This document shows positions 1 to 9,539 of a stretch of DNA of 53,171 nucleotides, piece by piece (position 1 is the first letter of the stretch; the number at the start of each line of letters is the position of its first letter). Both the position numbers and the translations under genes were made by a program. The notes under the pieces were generated by a model that saw only the letters and a list, made by a program, of their open reading frames with translations, did no database searches and had not been told where the DNA came from. This stretch comes from Gammaproteobacteria bacterium (GTDB lineage: Bacteria; Pseudomonadota; Gammaproteobacteria; Chromatiales; Chromatiaceae), in the NCBI GenBank assembly GCA_003696905.1, contig RFHJ01000056.1:1-53171 (forward strand), in the 5' to 3' direction.

Positions 1-554
1 AGCACCCTGGCCACCACGAAATCCACCAGCTCGTCGACCGACCCGGGCCGGAAGTAGAAGCCGGGATTGGCCGGCAGTATGGTTGCGCCCGCTCGCGCCA
101 GGGTGAGCATGTTTTCCAGGTGAATCACCGAGAAGGGCGTCTCGCGCACCACCAGAATCAGCGGTCTGCCCTCCTTCAGCACCACATCGGCGGCACGGTC
201 GATGAGATCATCACAGATTCCATTGGCGACCGAGGCCAGGGTACCGGTGGTACAGGGACAGATCACCATCGCCCGCGGTACGCCGCTGCCACTGGCCAGC
301 GGCGCCAGCCACTGTTGCCGGCCGAACACCTCCAGCTGCCCCTCCGGGCAGCCGAAGTGGCGAGTCAGCAGCGTCTGGATCTCGGCACTCCCCGAGGGGA
401 GTCGCAGATCGGTTTCCATGTTGACCACCACCTGCCCGGCCTGGGAGATCATCAACTGCACCCGGCGCCCCGCCGCAAGCAGGCACTCGATCAGACGCAG
501 GCCATACTGCGCGCCCGAGGCCCCGGTGATGGCCACGGCGATCGCCTGGTTCAT
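1..554 (-). CDS. ubiX: Flavin prenyltransferase UbiX (3' end runs off the window)
   Basis: Read manually, not in the ORF track. ATG at 554 gives MNQAIAVAITGASGAQYG..., and later CPCTTGTLASVANG...ETPFSVIHLENM...PANPGFY. ATGA overlap with the mpl stop. Confidence 0.93.
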   Translation of the reverse strand, partial: MNQAIAVAITGASGAQYGLRLIECLLAAGRRVQLMISQAGQVVVNMETDLRLPSGSAEIQTLLTRHFGCPEGQLEVFGRQQWLAPLASGSGVPRAMVICPCTTGTLASVANGICDDLIDRAADVVLKEGRPLILVVRETPFSVIHLENMLTLARAGATILPANPGFYFRPGSVDELVDFVVARV

Positions 555-1924
555 GCCTCGACCCTCCGGCTCGCCAGCGCGTCCAGAATGCGCTGATGGA
601 TCCCCTCGAAGCCGCCATTGCTCATCACCAGCACGGTATCGCCCGGCTGCGCCATTGCCGCCACCCAATCGACGATCGCTTGGGTCTGATCCGCTACCTG
701 CAGCCTGGGACCCAAAGCGCCGAGGACGGCCCGCGCGTCCCAGGCCAGATCCGGCGGCGCATAGACATGCACAGTGTCCGCCATGGCCAGCGACCTGGCC
801 AAGCGATCGGCCATCACCCCCAGGCGCATGGTATTGGAGCGCGGCTCCAGCACGGCATGGATCCGTCCGTCTCCCACCTCTGCGCGCAGGCCCGCCAGGG
901 TGGTCTCGATGGCGGTGGGGTGGTGGGCGAAGTCGTCGATGACCCGGACACCATCGACCTCCCCGCGCAGTTCCATGCGCCGCTTGACATTCTCGAAGCG
1001 GTTCAGGGCCTCGACCCCCTGCGAAGGCGGGACGCCCACATGACGGGCGGCGGCCAGGGCCGCCAGGGCATTGGCCATGTTGTGCCGACCGCTCAGTGCC
1101 CAGTCGACCCGTCCAACGACCTCACCATCGCAGACCACATCGAAATGGCGGCCGTCGGCGCTGGCACCTGCGGCGTGCCAGGTCGCTTCCAGTTCGGGGT
1201 CGAAGTGTTCCACCGGCGTCCAGCAGCCCATGTCGAGCACCTCGTGCAGATTACCGTCGTTCAACGGCATGACGATCAGCCCCTTGCCCGGCACGGTCCT
1301 GACCAGGTGATGGAACTGGCGCTGAATCGCCTCCAGATCCTCGAAGATGTCCGCGTGATCGAACTCCAGATTGTTCATCACCAGGGTGCGCGGATGGTAA
1401 TGGACGAACTTGGAACGCTTGTCGAAGAAGGCGGTGTCATATTCGTCTGCCTCCACCACGAAGAACTCGCTGTCGCCGGCCCGCGCCGAGATGCCGAAGT
1501 TGCGCGGCACACCGCCGACGAGAAAACCCGGCGCCATGCCGGCGTATTCCAGTATCCAGGCCAGCATGCTGCTGGTGGTGGTCTTGCCGTGGGTCCCTGC
1601 CACCCCCAGCACCCAACGATCGGCCAGGACCTGCTCCGCCAGCCACTGGGGGCCCGAGGTGTAGCGCAGCCCCTCGTCCAGCAGATATTCCACCGCCGGA
1701 TTACCTCGCGACAGGGCATTGCCCACCACCACCATGTCGGGCGCGGGTTGAAGATGTTCCGGCCGGTAGCCCTCCATCAGGCGAATGCCGGCCGTCTCGA
1801 GCTGGGTGCTCATGGGCGGATAGACATTGGCATCCGACCCGGAGACCTCATGGCCCAACTCACGGGCAATCAGGGCGATGCCCCCCATGAAGGTGCCACA
1901 GATACCGAGAATATGTATGTGCAT
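551..1924 (-). CDS. mpl: UDP-N-acetylmuramate:L-alanyl-gamma-D-glutamyl-meso-diaminopimelate ligase
   Basis: MHIHILGICGTFMGG start, GTHGKTTT P-loop, EADEYD, DDFAHHPTAI, EPRSNTM. Confidence 0.96.
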   Translation of the reverse strand: MHIHILGICGTFMGGIALIARELGHEVSGSDANVYPPMSTQLETAGIRLMEGYRPEHLQPAPDMVVVGNALSRGNPAVEYLLDEGLRYTSGPQWLAEQVLADRWVLGVAGTHGKTTTSSMLAWILEYAGMAPGFLVGGVPRNFGISARAGDSEFFVVEADEYDTAFFDKRSKFVHYHPRTLVMNNLEFDHADIFEDLEAIQRQFHHLVRTVPGKGLIVMPLNDGNLHEVLDMGCWTPVEHFDPELEATWHAAGASADGRHFDVVCDGEVVGRVDWALSGRHNMANALAALAAARHVGVPPSQGVEALNRFENVKRRMELRGEVDGVRVIDDFAHHPTAIETTLAGLRAEVGDGRIHAVLEPRSNTMRLGVMADRLARSLAMADTVHVYAPPDLAWDARAVLGALGPRLQVADQTQAIVDWVAAMAQPGDTVLVMSNGGFEGIHQRILDALASRRVEA

Positions 1925-1935
1925 CGACGATCGAC

Positions 1936-2457
1936 TCAGTTTGTTTGGGAGACCAGACCCGGCGGCAGCCACTGCGCAATCAGGCCGAGCAGAAACATTG
2001 TATAGGCGAAGGCGAGCAGGATACCGAAGGCCAAGGAGATCTCCAGCGCATGCCGCAGAATATGACCCAGTACGGCGAGCCCCCAGAAGAACAGCGTCAT
2101 GGCCACGGCATCGGCCAGCATCTCAGTCCCTATGAGCGCGGCGAGCGACCGGTAAGCCAGCGCCAGCAAGCCCATCATCACCCCGGCACCCAGCAGTGCA
2201 ATGTAGGACTGGCGCCAGCGCGCAGCCCGCTCACGCACCTGCAGGGCCGCGAACAGCAGCGCGGCGCTCACCAACAGCTCGATCACCTCGGCGCCCAGCG
2301 CGCGCCCCAGCCCACCGAAAATGGCCCTCCCAAGCAGCGCGTTTACCACCAGGTTGAGGCCGATCAACAGCTGCAGCAGGGCCACCGAGGACGGCGCGTC
2401 CTGGGGCCCACGACGCAACAGCAACAGCTGCCAGAAATATTCGATCAGTTGGCGCAT
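1936..2457 (-). CDS. Hypothetical integral membrane protein
   Basis: 173 aa with about 5 hydrophobic segments and an N-terminal LLRRGPQDAP; co-oriented just upstream of mpl. Confidence 0.75.
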   Translation of the reverse strand: MRQLIEYFWQLLLLRRGPQDAPSSVALLQLLIGLNLVVNALLGRAIFGGLGRALGAEVIELLVSAALLFAALQVRERAARWRQSYIALLGAGVMMGLLALAYRSLAALIGTEMLADAVAMTLFFWGLAVLGHILRHALEISLAFGILLAFAYTMFLLGLIAQWLPPGLVSQTN

Positions 2458-2570
2458 GACGGATTCACGGCAATCATGCCGAGGAATCTACACGGCTCCG
2501 GGATGCTATGCTACGCAACCGTTCGCGCCTGCCGGCGCTACCCGTGACCCACCGCTATCGACTCACCCCC

Positions 2571-3749
2571 TTGCCAGACACCACACAAGAATCATTGATC
2601 GACACCCGCGAGGCCCTCGATGCGCTGTGCACGCAGCTGCGCGGCAGCGAATGGCTGGCAGTGGATACCGAGTTCATCCGCGAGCGCACCTATTACCCCA
2701 GACTCTGCCTCATCCAGGTGAGCAATGGCGAGGTGGCGGCCTGCGTCGACCCGATCGTGCTCGGCGAGGATATCCAGCCCCTCCTCGGCCTGCTGTTCGA
2801 CGGCAGCATCCTCAAGGTCTTCCATGCCGCCCGCCAGGACCTGGAGATCTTCTGGCACGACTGGGGGCGCTTTCCTCTGCCACTGTTCGATACCCAGCCC
2901 GCCGCCGCCCTGCTCGGTCACGGCGATCAGATCGGTTATGCCAACCTGGTGAAGCAGGTGCTCGGCATCGACCTGCCCAAGGACCAGTCGCGCACCGACT
3001 GGTCGGCACGCCCCCTGAACGCGGATCAGATCCGCTACGCCCTGGACGATGTCGTCTATCTCGGGCGCCTCTACCTCGAGATGCGCGGCCGCCTGTCGGA
3101 TCGTGAACGCCTGCAATGGCTGGCGGCAGACTTTGCCGAGCTGGCCAACCCTGCCACCTATGAGCCCGAGCCCCGCGAGCTGTGGAAAAAGGTCAAGGGA
3201 CGACAGCACCTGCGCGGTCGCCAGTTGGCGGTACTGCAGGCCCTGGCGGCATGGCGCGAAAACCAGGCGCGTACACGAAACCTGCCCCGCAAGTGGGTCC
3301 TCAAGGACGACGTGATGGTGGAGTTGTGCCGACGCCTGCCGCGCAATCTGGAAGAGCTGGCCAAGGTGCGAGGCGTGGAAGGCGGCCTGGTACGCAAACA
3401 GGGCAGGACACTGGTCGACCTCATCCAGCAGGCGGCCTCGCTGCCGAAGGAGCAGTGGCCGGTGGAGAAGCGCCGGCCCGAGCCGCTGACGCCCCAGCAG
3501 GAGGCAATGGTCGACTACCTCAGTGCCGCCCTGCGTCTGCTTGCCGCCGAGCACCAGCTCTCGCCCCAGGCCATCGCCACCCACAAGGACCTGCAGAAAC
3601 TGATACGTGGAGACAGCGACTGTGCCCTGCGCCATGGCTGGCGCAGGGCGCTGGCAGGGGAACCGCTGCAGGCCCTGTGCGAGGGCAGGGCCAGCCTGGA
3701 CAATGCCGGCGGCCAACTTCGGCTGGTAGAGGGCTCCTGTTCATCCTGA
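2571..3749 (+). CDS. rnd: Ribonuclease D
   Basis: AVDTEFIRERTYYPRLCLIQ, KVFHAARQDLE, FDTQ, TDWSARPL, YALDDV and an HRDC region. TTG start is estimated. Confidence 0.95.
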   Translation: MPDTTQESLIDTREALDALCTQLRGSEWLAVDTEFIRERTYYPRLCLIQVSNGEVAACVDPIVLGEDIQPLLGLLFDGSILKVFHAARQDLEIFWHDWGRFPLPLFDTQPAAALLGHGDQIGYANLVKQVLGIDLPKDQSRTDWSARPLNADQIRYALDDVVYLGRLYLEMRGRLSDRERLQWLAADFAELANPATYEPEPRELWKKVKGRQHLRGRQLAVLQALAAWRENQARTRNLPRKWVLKDDVMVELCRRLPRNLEELAKVRGVEGGLVRKQGRTLVDLIQQAASLPKEQWPVEKRRPEPLTPQQEAMVDYLSAALRLLAAEHQLSPQAIATHKDLQKLIRGDSDCALRHGWRRALAGEPLQALCEGRASLDNAGGQLRLVEGSCSS

Positions 3750-3773
3750 TGCCTGTCGCGGAAATCGGGGTGG

Positions 3774-3797
3774 AAACGGGCATGTGGGCCCGTTTTT
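3774..3797 (+). terminator. Probable intrinsic terminator after rnd
   Basis: AAACGGGC-atgtgg-GCCCGTTTTT hairpin with T tract. Confidence 0.55.
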
Positions 3798-3871
3798 GGT
3801 GCGGTTTGCGCAGCTCACCACGCCCTGCGATCGGCACTGGCCGTAGGATGCGGTGAGGTACGAACCGTATC
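3798..3871. repeat. Inverted pair of REP-like (GTAG-type) palindromes
   Basis: GTAGGATGCGGTGAGGTACGAACCGTATC at 3843-3871, plus a degenerate opposite-strand partner at 3798-3828 (reverse complement GCAGGGCGTGGTGAGCTGCGCAAACCGCACC), between convergent genes. Confidence 0.5.
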
Positions 3872-3890
3872 GATGAGCGCTGACCGTCGC

Positions 3891-4340
3891 TCAAAGATCG
3901 TCGAAGCCTGCCTTGCGGAACCACTCCCGGGCCTTCTCTTCATCCCGTTCGACCCCATTGCCCTCGCGGTACATCATGCCCAGGGTGGTCATGGCGCCCT
4001 GCAGACCCTGCTCGGCTGCCTTCTCGAACCACTCGATGGCCTTCTGTGGGTTCTGCTCCACACACTCGCCCTGCATGTACATGAACCCCAGACCGTGCTG
4101 TGCCAGGCCAAGCCCCGCCTCGGCTGCGGCCTTCATGTATTTGAAGGCCAGCAGCTCGTTCTCCACCATCCCCAGCCCGTTCTGCGCCATGATGGCCATG
4201 CGATACTGCGCCTCCGGATCGCCCGCCTCGGCCAGCGGCCCCAGCAGGCTGGCCGCAGTGGCGAAGTGCTTCGCCTCGAAGGCGGCGATGCCGCTGCTCA
4301 GGTCCATGTCGAGGACCCCACCCTTGTTTTCGTCGTTCAT
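3891..4340 (-). CDS. Sel1-repeat protein
   Basis: Repeats of the type AQHGLGFMYMQGECVEQNPQKAIEWFEKAAEQG; start taken at MNDENK. Confidence 0.88.
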   Translation of the reverse strand: MNDENKGGVLDMDLSSGIAAFEAKHFATAASLLGPLAEAGDPEAQYRMAIMAQNGLGMVENELLAFKYMKAAAEAGLGLAQHGLGFMYMQGECVEQNPQKAIEWFEKAAEQGLQGAMTTLGMMYREGNGVERDEEKAREWFRKAGFDDL

Positions 4341-4540
4341 TGTCGTACCCGTTTGTTCGATGAACCAGATAATGCCCGCGAGACCGATGCGGCGGGAGGC
4401 TTCGCACATTAGCACCGGGCGCCGCGATGGCCACCGCGTCCTTTCCGGGGTTGTGCGCGATGCGGAATGCACCGGCGTACTGCCTGCCGCCAGGCTCTGG
4501 TATTCTGCCGTGATTCCTCTCTTCGCTGTCTTCGACCCGC

Positions 4541-5797
4541 ATGCAGACAAACCTGGCCGACTTCATTCGCGATACCCCGGAAGGCAAGCGGGCCGAACAG
4601 ATCCTGCGCAACTGCGTGCATTGCGGCTTCTGCACCGCCACCTGTCCCACCTACCAACTGCTGGGCGACGAACTGGACGGGCCGCGGGGCCGCATCTACC
4701 AGATCAAGCTGTTTCTCGAAGGCGAAACACCCTCGCCGCACATCCGCGACCACCTGGACCGCTGCCTGGTCTGCCGGTCCTGCGAGACGACCTGTCCTTC
4801 CGGGGTGGATTATCACCACCTGCTGGACATCGGTCGCGAGGCCCTCGAGGAGCGGGCGCCCCGCTCCCTGCCCGAACGACTGCTGCGGCGGGCCATGGTG
4901 TGGCTGTTCAGCGACCCTCGCCACTTCGCGCCCCTGCTTGGGCTGGCGCGTCTGGTCCGCCCGGCCCTGCCCGCCGCCCTGCGCAACAAGGTCCTGCCTC
5001 GCCGGCCACTACCGGCACCGGCGCAGCCCACCCCGGGCGGCAAGGGCCGGCGCATGCTGATGCTCGATGGCTGCGTACAGCCCGCCCTGGCACCACAGAT
5101 CAACCGGGCACTCTCGCTGCTGCTCGACCGCCTGGGCATCGAGACCCTGGGCGTCCCCCAGGCAGGCTGTTGCGGCGCCTTGCCCCAGCACCTGAGCGAT
5201 GCGCAACGGGCACGGGAGATAGCGCGCCGCAACATCGATGCATGGCTCCCGGAGCTGGAGGCCGGCGCCGAGGCCCTGGTGGTGACCGCCAGCGGCTGCG
5301 GCGCCCACGTCAAAGACTATCCCACGCTGCTTGCCGGGGACCCCGATTATGCAGAGGCCGCGCGGCAGATCGCCGAAAAGGCCCGCGACCCGGTGGAGAT
5401 CCTGCTGGCGGAAGACCTCCGCAGGCTCCACCTGAAACCCCGCGCCAAGCGCATCGCGGTGCATACGCCCTGCTCACTGCAGCACGGGCTGGGCCTTGGA
5501 GGACGCATACAGTCGCTGCTGACCCGGCTGGGATATACCCTGGCGGAGACCACCGAGGATCATCTCTGCTGCGGTTCGGCCGGCACCTATTCGCTTACCC
5601 AGCCCGCCATCGCCTCGCGGCTACGCGCCCGCAAGCTACAGGCCCTGCGTATCGATGCACCCGACCTGATCGTGACCGCCAACATCGGCTGCCTGGGCCA
5701 CCTCCAGGACGAGGGAGGGACCCCCGTGGCGCACTGGCTCAATCTGCTGGCAGAGGATCTGCCACCGTTGCCCGAATCCAGTCCTGCCACTGGGTGA
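4541..5797 (+). CDS. glcF: Glycolate oxidase iron-sulfur subunit
   Basis: MQTNL start, CVHCGFCTATCPTY, CLVCRSCETTCPSGV, two CCG domains, TANIGC. Confidence 0.93.
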   Translation: MQTNLADFIRDTPEGKRAEQILRNCVHCGFCTATCPTYQLLGDELDGPRGRIYQIKLFLEGETPSPHIRDHLDRCLVCRSCETTCPSGVDYHHLLDIGREALEERAPRSLPERLLRRAMVWLFSDPRHFAPLLGLARLVRPALPAALRNKVLPRRPLPAPAQPTPGGKGRRMLMLDGCVQPALAPQINRALSLLLDRLGIETLGVPQAGCCGALPQHLSDAQRAREIARRNIDAWLPELEAGAEALVVTASGCGAHVKDYPTLLAGDPDYAEAARQIAEKARDPVEILLAEDLRRLHLKPRAKRIAVHTPCSLQHGLGLGGRIQSLLTRLGYTLAETTEDHLCCGSAGTYSLTQPAIASRLRARKLQALRIDAPDLIVTANIGCLGHLQDEGGTPVAHWLNLLAEDLPPLPESSPATG

Positions 5798-6566
5798 ACA
5801 GACGGGCATGGGTCGCCGCGATGGCGATCCGCGGACGCAGGCCCAGCTCCTCCATCGGGTGTTCGCGAAAGTCTTCGAACAGACCACCGACACCACCCGC
5901 CTCCTGCAGCACCAGGCTGCCGGCGGCATAGTCCCACAACTTCTGCCCGCCGTGCAGATACACCTGCACCCTGGCGGCGGCCAGCCAGCACCAATCCAGC
6001 GCCACCGAGCCGAAGCTGCGCTGCGAGTGATAGGGCGCCTCCCGTGCCAGGCGCAGGATGAGTTCCGGCGGCAGACGCTTGAGGTCGACCATGGCCATGG
6101 CCTGGCCAAGGGAACGACCCTCGTCATGCAACCGTAGCGACCGGCCATTCAGCCAGGCGCCCCGACCCCGCAGGGCACTGAAGGACTCGTCGCGGATCGG
6201 ATCGAGCACGATACCCGCCTGCAACTGCCCCTTGGCCAGCAGTGCCAGCGATACCCCGAAGAAGGGTATGCCGGAGGCGAAATTGGAGGTGCCATCCAGG
6301 GGGTCGAGCACCCAAAGATGGTCCTCGCATTCCGGTATCAGGCATGTCTGCTGGTCGCGGCTCATCTCCTCGCCCAGCAAGGCCACCTCTGGCCAGCGGC
6401 GCGACAATTCCTCCCGCAGGCGCGCCTGCATCGAGAGATCGGCATCGGTCACCAGACTGCCGTCGGCCTTGGTTCTGGCCTCGACGTGTTCGAAGCGCGA
6501 CAAGAGTTCCTCGCGCGCCGCGACGCGCAAAAGTGCCTCCACTTCTCTAAGGTCTTCGATGTCCAT
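5739..6566 (-). CDS. Inositol monophosphatase family protein
   Basis: KADGSLVTDAD, LGEE, WVLDPLDGTSNF, WDYAAG motifs. Confidence 0.9.
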   Translation of the reverse strand: MDIEDLREVEALLRVAAREELLSRFEHVEARTKADGSLVTDADLSMQARLREELSRRWPEVALLGEEMSRDQQTCLIPECEDHLWVLDPLDGTSNFASGIPFFGVSLALLAKGQLQAGIVLDPIRDESFSALRGRGAWLNGRSLRLHDEGRSLGQAMAMVDLKRLPPELILRLAREAPYHSQRSFGSVALDWCWLAAARVQVYLHGGQKLWDYAAGSLVLQEAGGVGGLFEDFREHPMEELGLRPRIAIAATHARLFTQWQDWIRATVADPLPAD

Positions 6567-6643
6567 GCCCGATCAACCAACCGAGTCCCCCCGGCAACAT
6601 AACACGTCGCTGTCAAGGGCGCGAAACCGCTGCCGATGGCGAG

Positions 6644-6806
6644 CAGGGCCCCGCCATCTAAAGTCGTAAGCTATTGAAAAGTGGAGCGGGTGTCTGCGCG
6701 AAAAACGTCGGCGGCAGGGATGCCGCCGTCGAGCCTACAAGGATGTATCTACGGCGTTTTTTCGGGCAGACACCCGCTCCGCACACGGTTAGATGACGCT
6801 ATCCTG
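6644..6806 (+). mobile_element. 163-bp MITE, copy A (ISAs1-like CAGG termini)
   Basis: Imperfect TIRs CAGGGCCCCGCCATCTAA...TTAGATGACGCTATCCTG. Perfect 10-bp direct repeat CGATGGCGAG at 6634-6643 and 6807-6816. Closely similar inverted copy at 43360-43522. Confidence 0.88.
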
Positions 6807-6911
6807 CGATGGCGAGAAACAGGGGCATTCCCGCATTGCCCCGAGCGTGGCCATGGCCTAGGCTTTGGCGTGTCAGCCAACGGAATATTCACTTCCCTGG
6901 AATCAAGCACA

Positions 6912-8879
6912 TTGAAGAACAAGACCGGAAGCAGGGATCGGCTCAAACACCTCACCTGGCTCACCTGCCTGCTGCTGTTTGTCGTCGCCAGCGCCTCGGC
7001 GAGCGATCGCCAACGCCAGCGCGAACAGTTCATCGCGGCGGAAAAGGCCCTGCAGCGTCATGACCTGCCTGCCTATCGAAAACTTCGCGACCAGCTGGAG
7101 GACTACCCCCTCCTTCCCTACCTCGAATTGAAGGCGCTGCGCGCCAGGCTGGGGAAGGCAAGTGACAAGGAAATCCGTCGCTTCCTCGCAGAACATGCCG
7201 GAACGCCTGTTGCCGACCTGCTACGCCGGCGCTGGCTGGACTACCTGGCCGGCAAGAAGCAGTGGCGGCGCTATCTGAGTTTCTACAGGCCGCAGTCGAG
7301 CGTGCGGCGGCAGTGCCACCACCTCCAGGCCCTGCTGGCGACCGGGCAAAAGGAGGCGGTATGGCCCGAGGTACGTCGCCTCTGGCTGCATGGTCGTTCC
7401 CGACCGAAGGCCTGTGACCCGGTCTTCAAGGCCTGGGAGGCTGCGGGCAGACGCACCCGCGAACTCACCTGGCAACGCATCGAGTTGGCCATGCACGCCG
7501 GTCGGCTGCGGCTCGCCCGCTACCTCGGAAAGAAACTGGGCAAGGAGGACCGCGCCTGGGTCGACCGCTGGATTGCGCTCTACCGAAAACCGCAGAAGGC
7601 GCGTGAGCAAGCGGCCTTTCACAATCCTCACCCCTGGCGCGAGGCCATGCTGGCGCACGCCGTACAGCGGCTGGCACGTCAGGACGGACTCGCTGCCATT
7701 GCGCTCTGGCAATCCATCCAAGGGCGCTATCCCTTCTCCGAGGAACAGATCTATCAGACAAGGCGGCGTATTGCGGTGGCATTGGAGCGCAACCCCGATC
7801 CGGCCGCCTATCGCTGGGTGCTCTCCGTCACACCCAGGGCCGATGACAGCCGACTGTATTCGGCACGCCTGAATGCCGCCCTGCTGCGCCAGGACTGGCA
7901 ACAACTGGTGAAAGACCTTCCGAACTGGCCGGAGCAGGAGCGGCGGTCGGAACGGTGGCGATACTGGTTCGCGCGGGCGCTCGAGGGTGTTGGGCAAGAG
8001 GCAGAAGCGAAAAAACTGTTCCACCGCCTGGCAAGGGAAAGATCCTATTATGGATTCCTGGCCGCCGACCGCATCGATGCCCAATACCACCTGCTACACC
8101 GACGGACACCGGTCGACCCCGCTCTGCTAGCGGCACTCGAGAAACGGCCCGGCATCGTGCGTGCCCTCGAGCTGCACGCCCTGCAACGCAACACGGAGGC
8201 GCGCCGCGAATGGCGATATGCCACCCGATCACTGGACAAGCCCTCGCTCAAGGCCGCTGCCTTGATCGCCGAACGGTCGGGCTGGCACGATCAGGCCATC
8301 TTCACCCTGGCCAAGACGGGCTACTGGGACGACCTCGAACTCCGCTTCCCCCTGCAACACCGTGAACTCGTCGCCGCCCAGGCGAGCAAGAATGCACTGG
8401 ACATGGCCTGGGTCTATGCGGTGATTCGACAGGAAAGTGCCTTTATGAAAGATGCGCGGTCCCGCGTCGGTGCACTCGGGCTGATGCAGCTCATGCCAGC
8501 CACCGCCCGACAGGTTGCGCGCCACCAGTTGGCGATCAAACCACCGCCGCGCCGCCAACTCCTGGAACCCTCGGTCAACATCCGGCTGGGCAGCGCCTAC
8601 CTGCGGGAGCTCAAGGAGCGGCTGGCAGACAATCCCGTCCTGGCGACTGCGGCGTACAATGCCGGCCCCCAGCGAGTGGATCGCTGGCTGCCCGAGGACG
8701 GCCTGGATGCCGATATTTGGGTCGAATTGATCCCCTTCAACGAGACACGCAGCTACCTCAGACGGGTCATGAGCTACACCGTGATCTATGACAAGCGTCT
8801 GGGCAGAGAACCTCGACGTTTGAAGGAGCGCATGAAGCCGGTGACGCGAACGAATGACCAGCGCCTTGCCGGCGCCTGA
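6912..8879 (+). CDS. slt: Soluble lytic murein transglycosylase (Slt70-like)
   Basis: Signal peptide, YPLLPYL, YYGFLAA, IRQESAF, GALGLMQLMPATA, AAYNAGP, ETRSY. TTG start is estimated. Confidence 0.93.
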   Translation: MKNKTGSRDRLKHLTWLTCLLLFVVASASASDRQRQREQFIAAEKALQRHDLPAYRKLRDQLEDYPLLPYLELKALRARLGKASDKEIRRFLAEHAGTPVADLLRRRWLDYLAGKKQWRRYLSFYRPQSSVRRQCHHLQALLATGQKEAVWPEVRRLWLHGRSRPKACDPVFKAWEAAGRRTRELTWQRIELAMHAGRLRLARYLGKKLGKEDRAWVDRWIALYRKPQKAREQAAFHNPHPWREAMLAHAVQRLARQDGLAAIALWQSIQGRYPFSEEQIYQTRRRIAVALERNPDPAAYRWVLSVTPRADDSRLYSARLNAALLRQDWQQLVKDLPNWPEQERRSERWRYWFARALEGVGQEAEAKKLFHRLARERSYYGFLAADRIDAQYHLLHRRTPVDPALLAALEKRPGIVRALELHALQRNTEARREWRYATRSLDKPSLKAAALIAERSGWHDQAIFTLAKTGYWDDLELRFPLQHRELVAAQASKNALDMAWVYAVIRQESAFMKDARSRVGALGLMQLMPATARQVARHQLAIKPPPRRQLLEPSVNIRLGSAYLRELKERLADNPVLATAAYNAGPQRVDRWLPEDGLDADIWVELIPFNETRSYLRRVMSYTVIYDKRLGREPRRLKERMKPVTRTNDQRLAGA

Positions 8880-9509
8880 TCATTCCTCATCCTCCAACCC
8901 CTGCAGCAGCATCTCTCGCGCCTGCTGCAGTTGCTCGGGGTGCATACGCTGCACCAGGTGACGAATGTATTCCTCTGCGCGCTTGTTGCCCCCGGCCTGG
9001 GCGAGGGTGAGCCATTGCAGCGCCAAGACATCGTCGCGCTCCACATGCTCACCCTCCATCAACAGCTTGCCCAGGGCGAACTGCGCCGACGGCTCGCCGC
9101 GCTGCGCAGCTGTCTGATAATAGTGAATGGCACGCTCCACATCGCGCTCGACGCCATATTGACCGAAACGGTACATGGTCGCTGCCACGTACTGGGCCTT
9201 CGCCGAGCCCTTGTCTGCCGCCAACAGATAGAGTTCGCGCGCCCGACGCTCATCCATCGCCACGCCGGCCCCAGAGGCGTACATCCATGCAAGCGTCAGC
9301 AGGGCCTTTTCATGTCCCTGCCGCGCCGCTTGGGTAAACCAGTATTCTGCCTGTGCATGGTCGAGCGCGACACCCTCGCCATTGCCATACAGCATGCCCA
9401 GGCGGTACTGGGCCTCTGCATCACCCCCCTCGGCGGCAGCGCGCAACGCCGCCAGTGCCTGGGCCTGGGCCGGCGTCAGCTGTGGCTGTGAATCGGAATC
9501 CTTGGTCAT
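8880..9509 (-). CDS. Sel1-repeat protein
   Basis: Four repeats of the type AQYRLGMLYGNGEGV...WFTQAARQG; no signal peptide. Confidence 0.88.
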   Translation of the reverse strand: MTKDSDSQPQLTPAQAQALAALRAAAEGGDAEAQYRLGMLYGNGEGVALDHAQAEYWFTQAARQGHEKALLTLAWMYASGAGVAMDERRARELYLLAADKGSAKAQYVAATMYRFGQYGVERDVERAIHYYQTAAQRGEPSAQFALGKLLMEGEHVERDDVLALQWLTLAQAGGNKRAEEYIRHLVQRMHPEQLQQAREMLLQGLEDEE

Positions 9510-9539
9510 GGAAACGCACCTGCAGGGAAGGCCCGGCGA

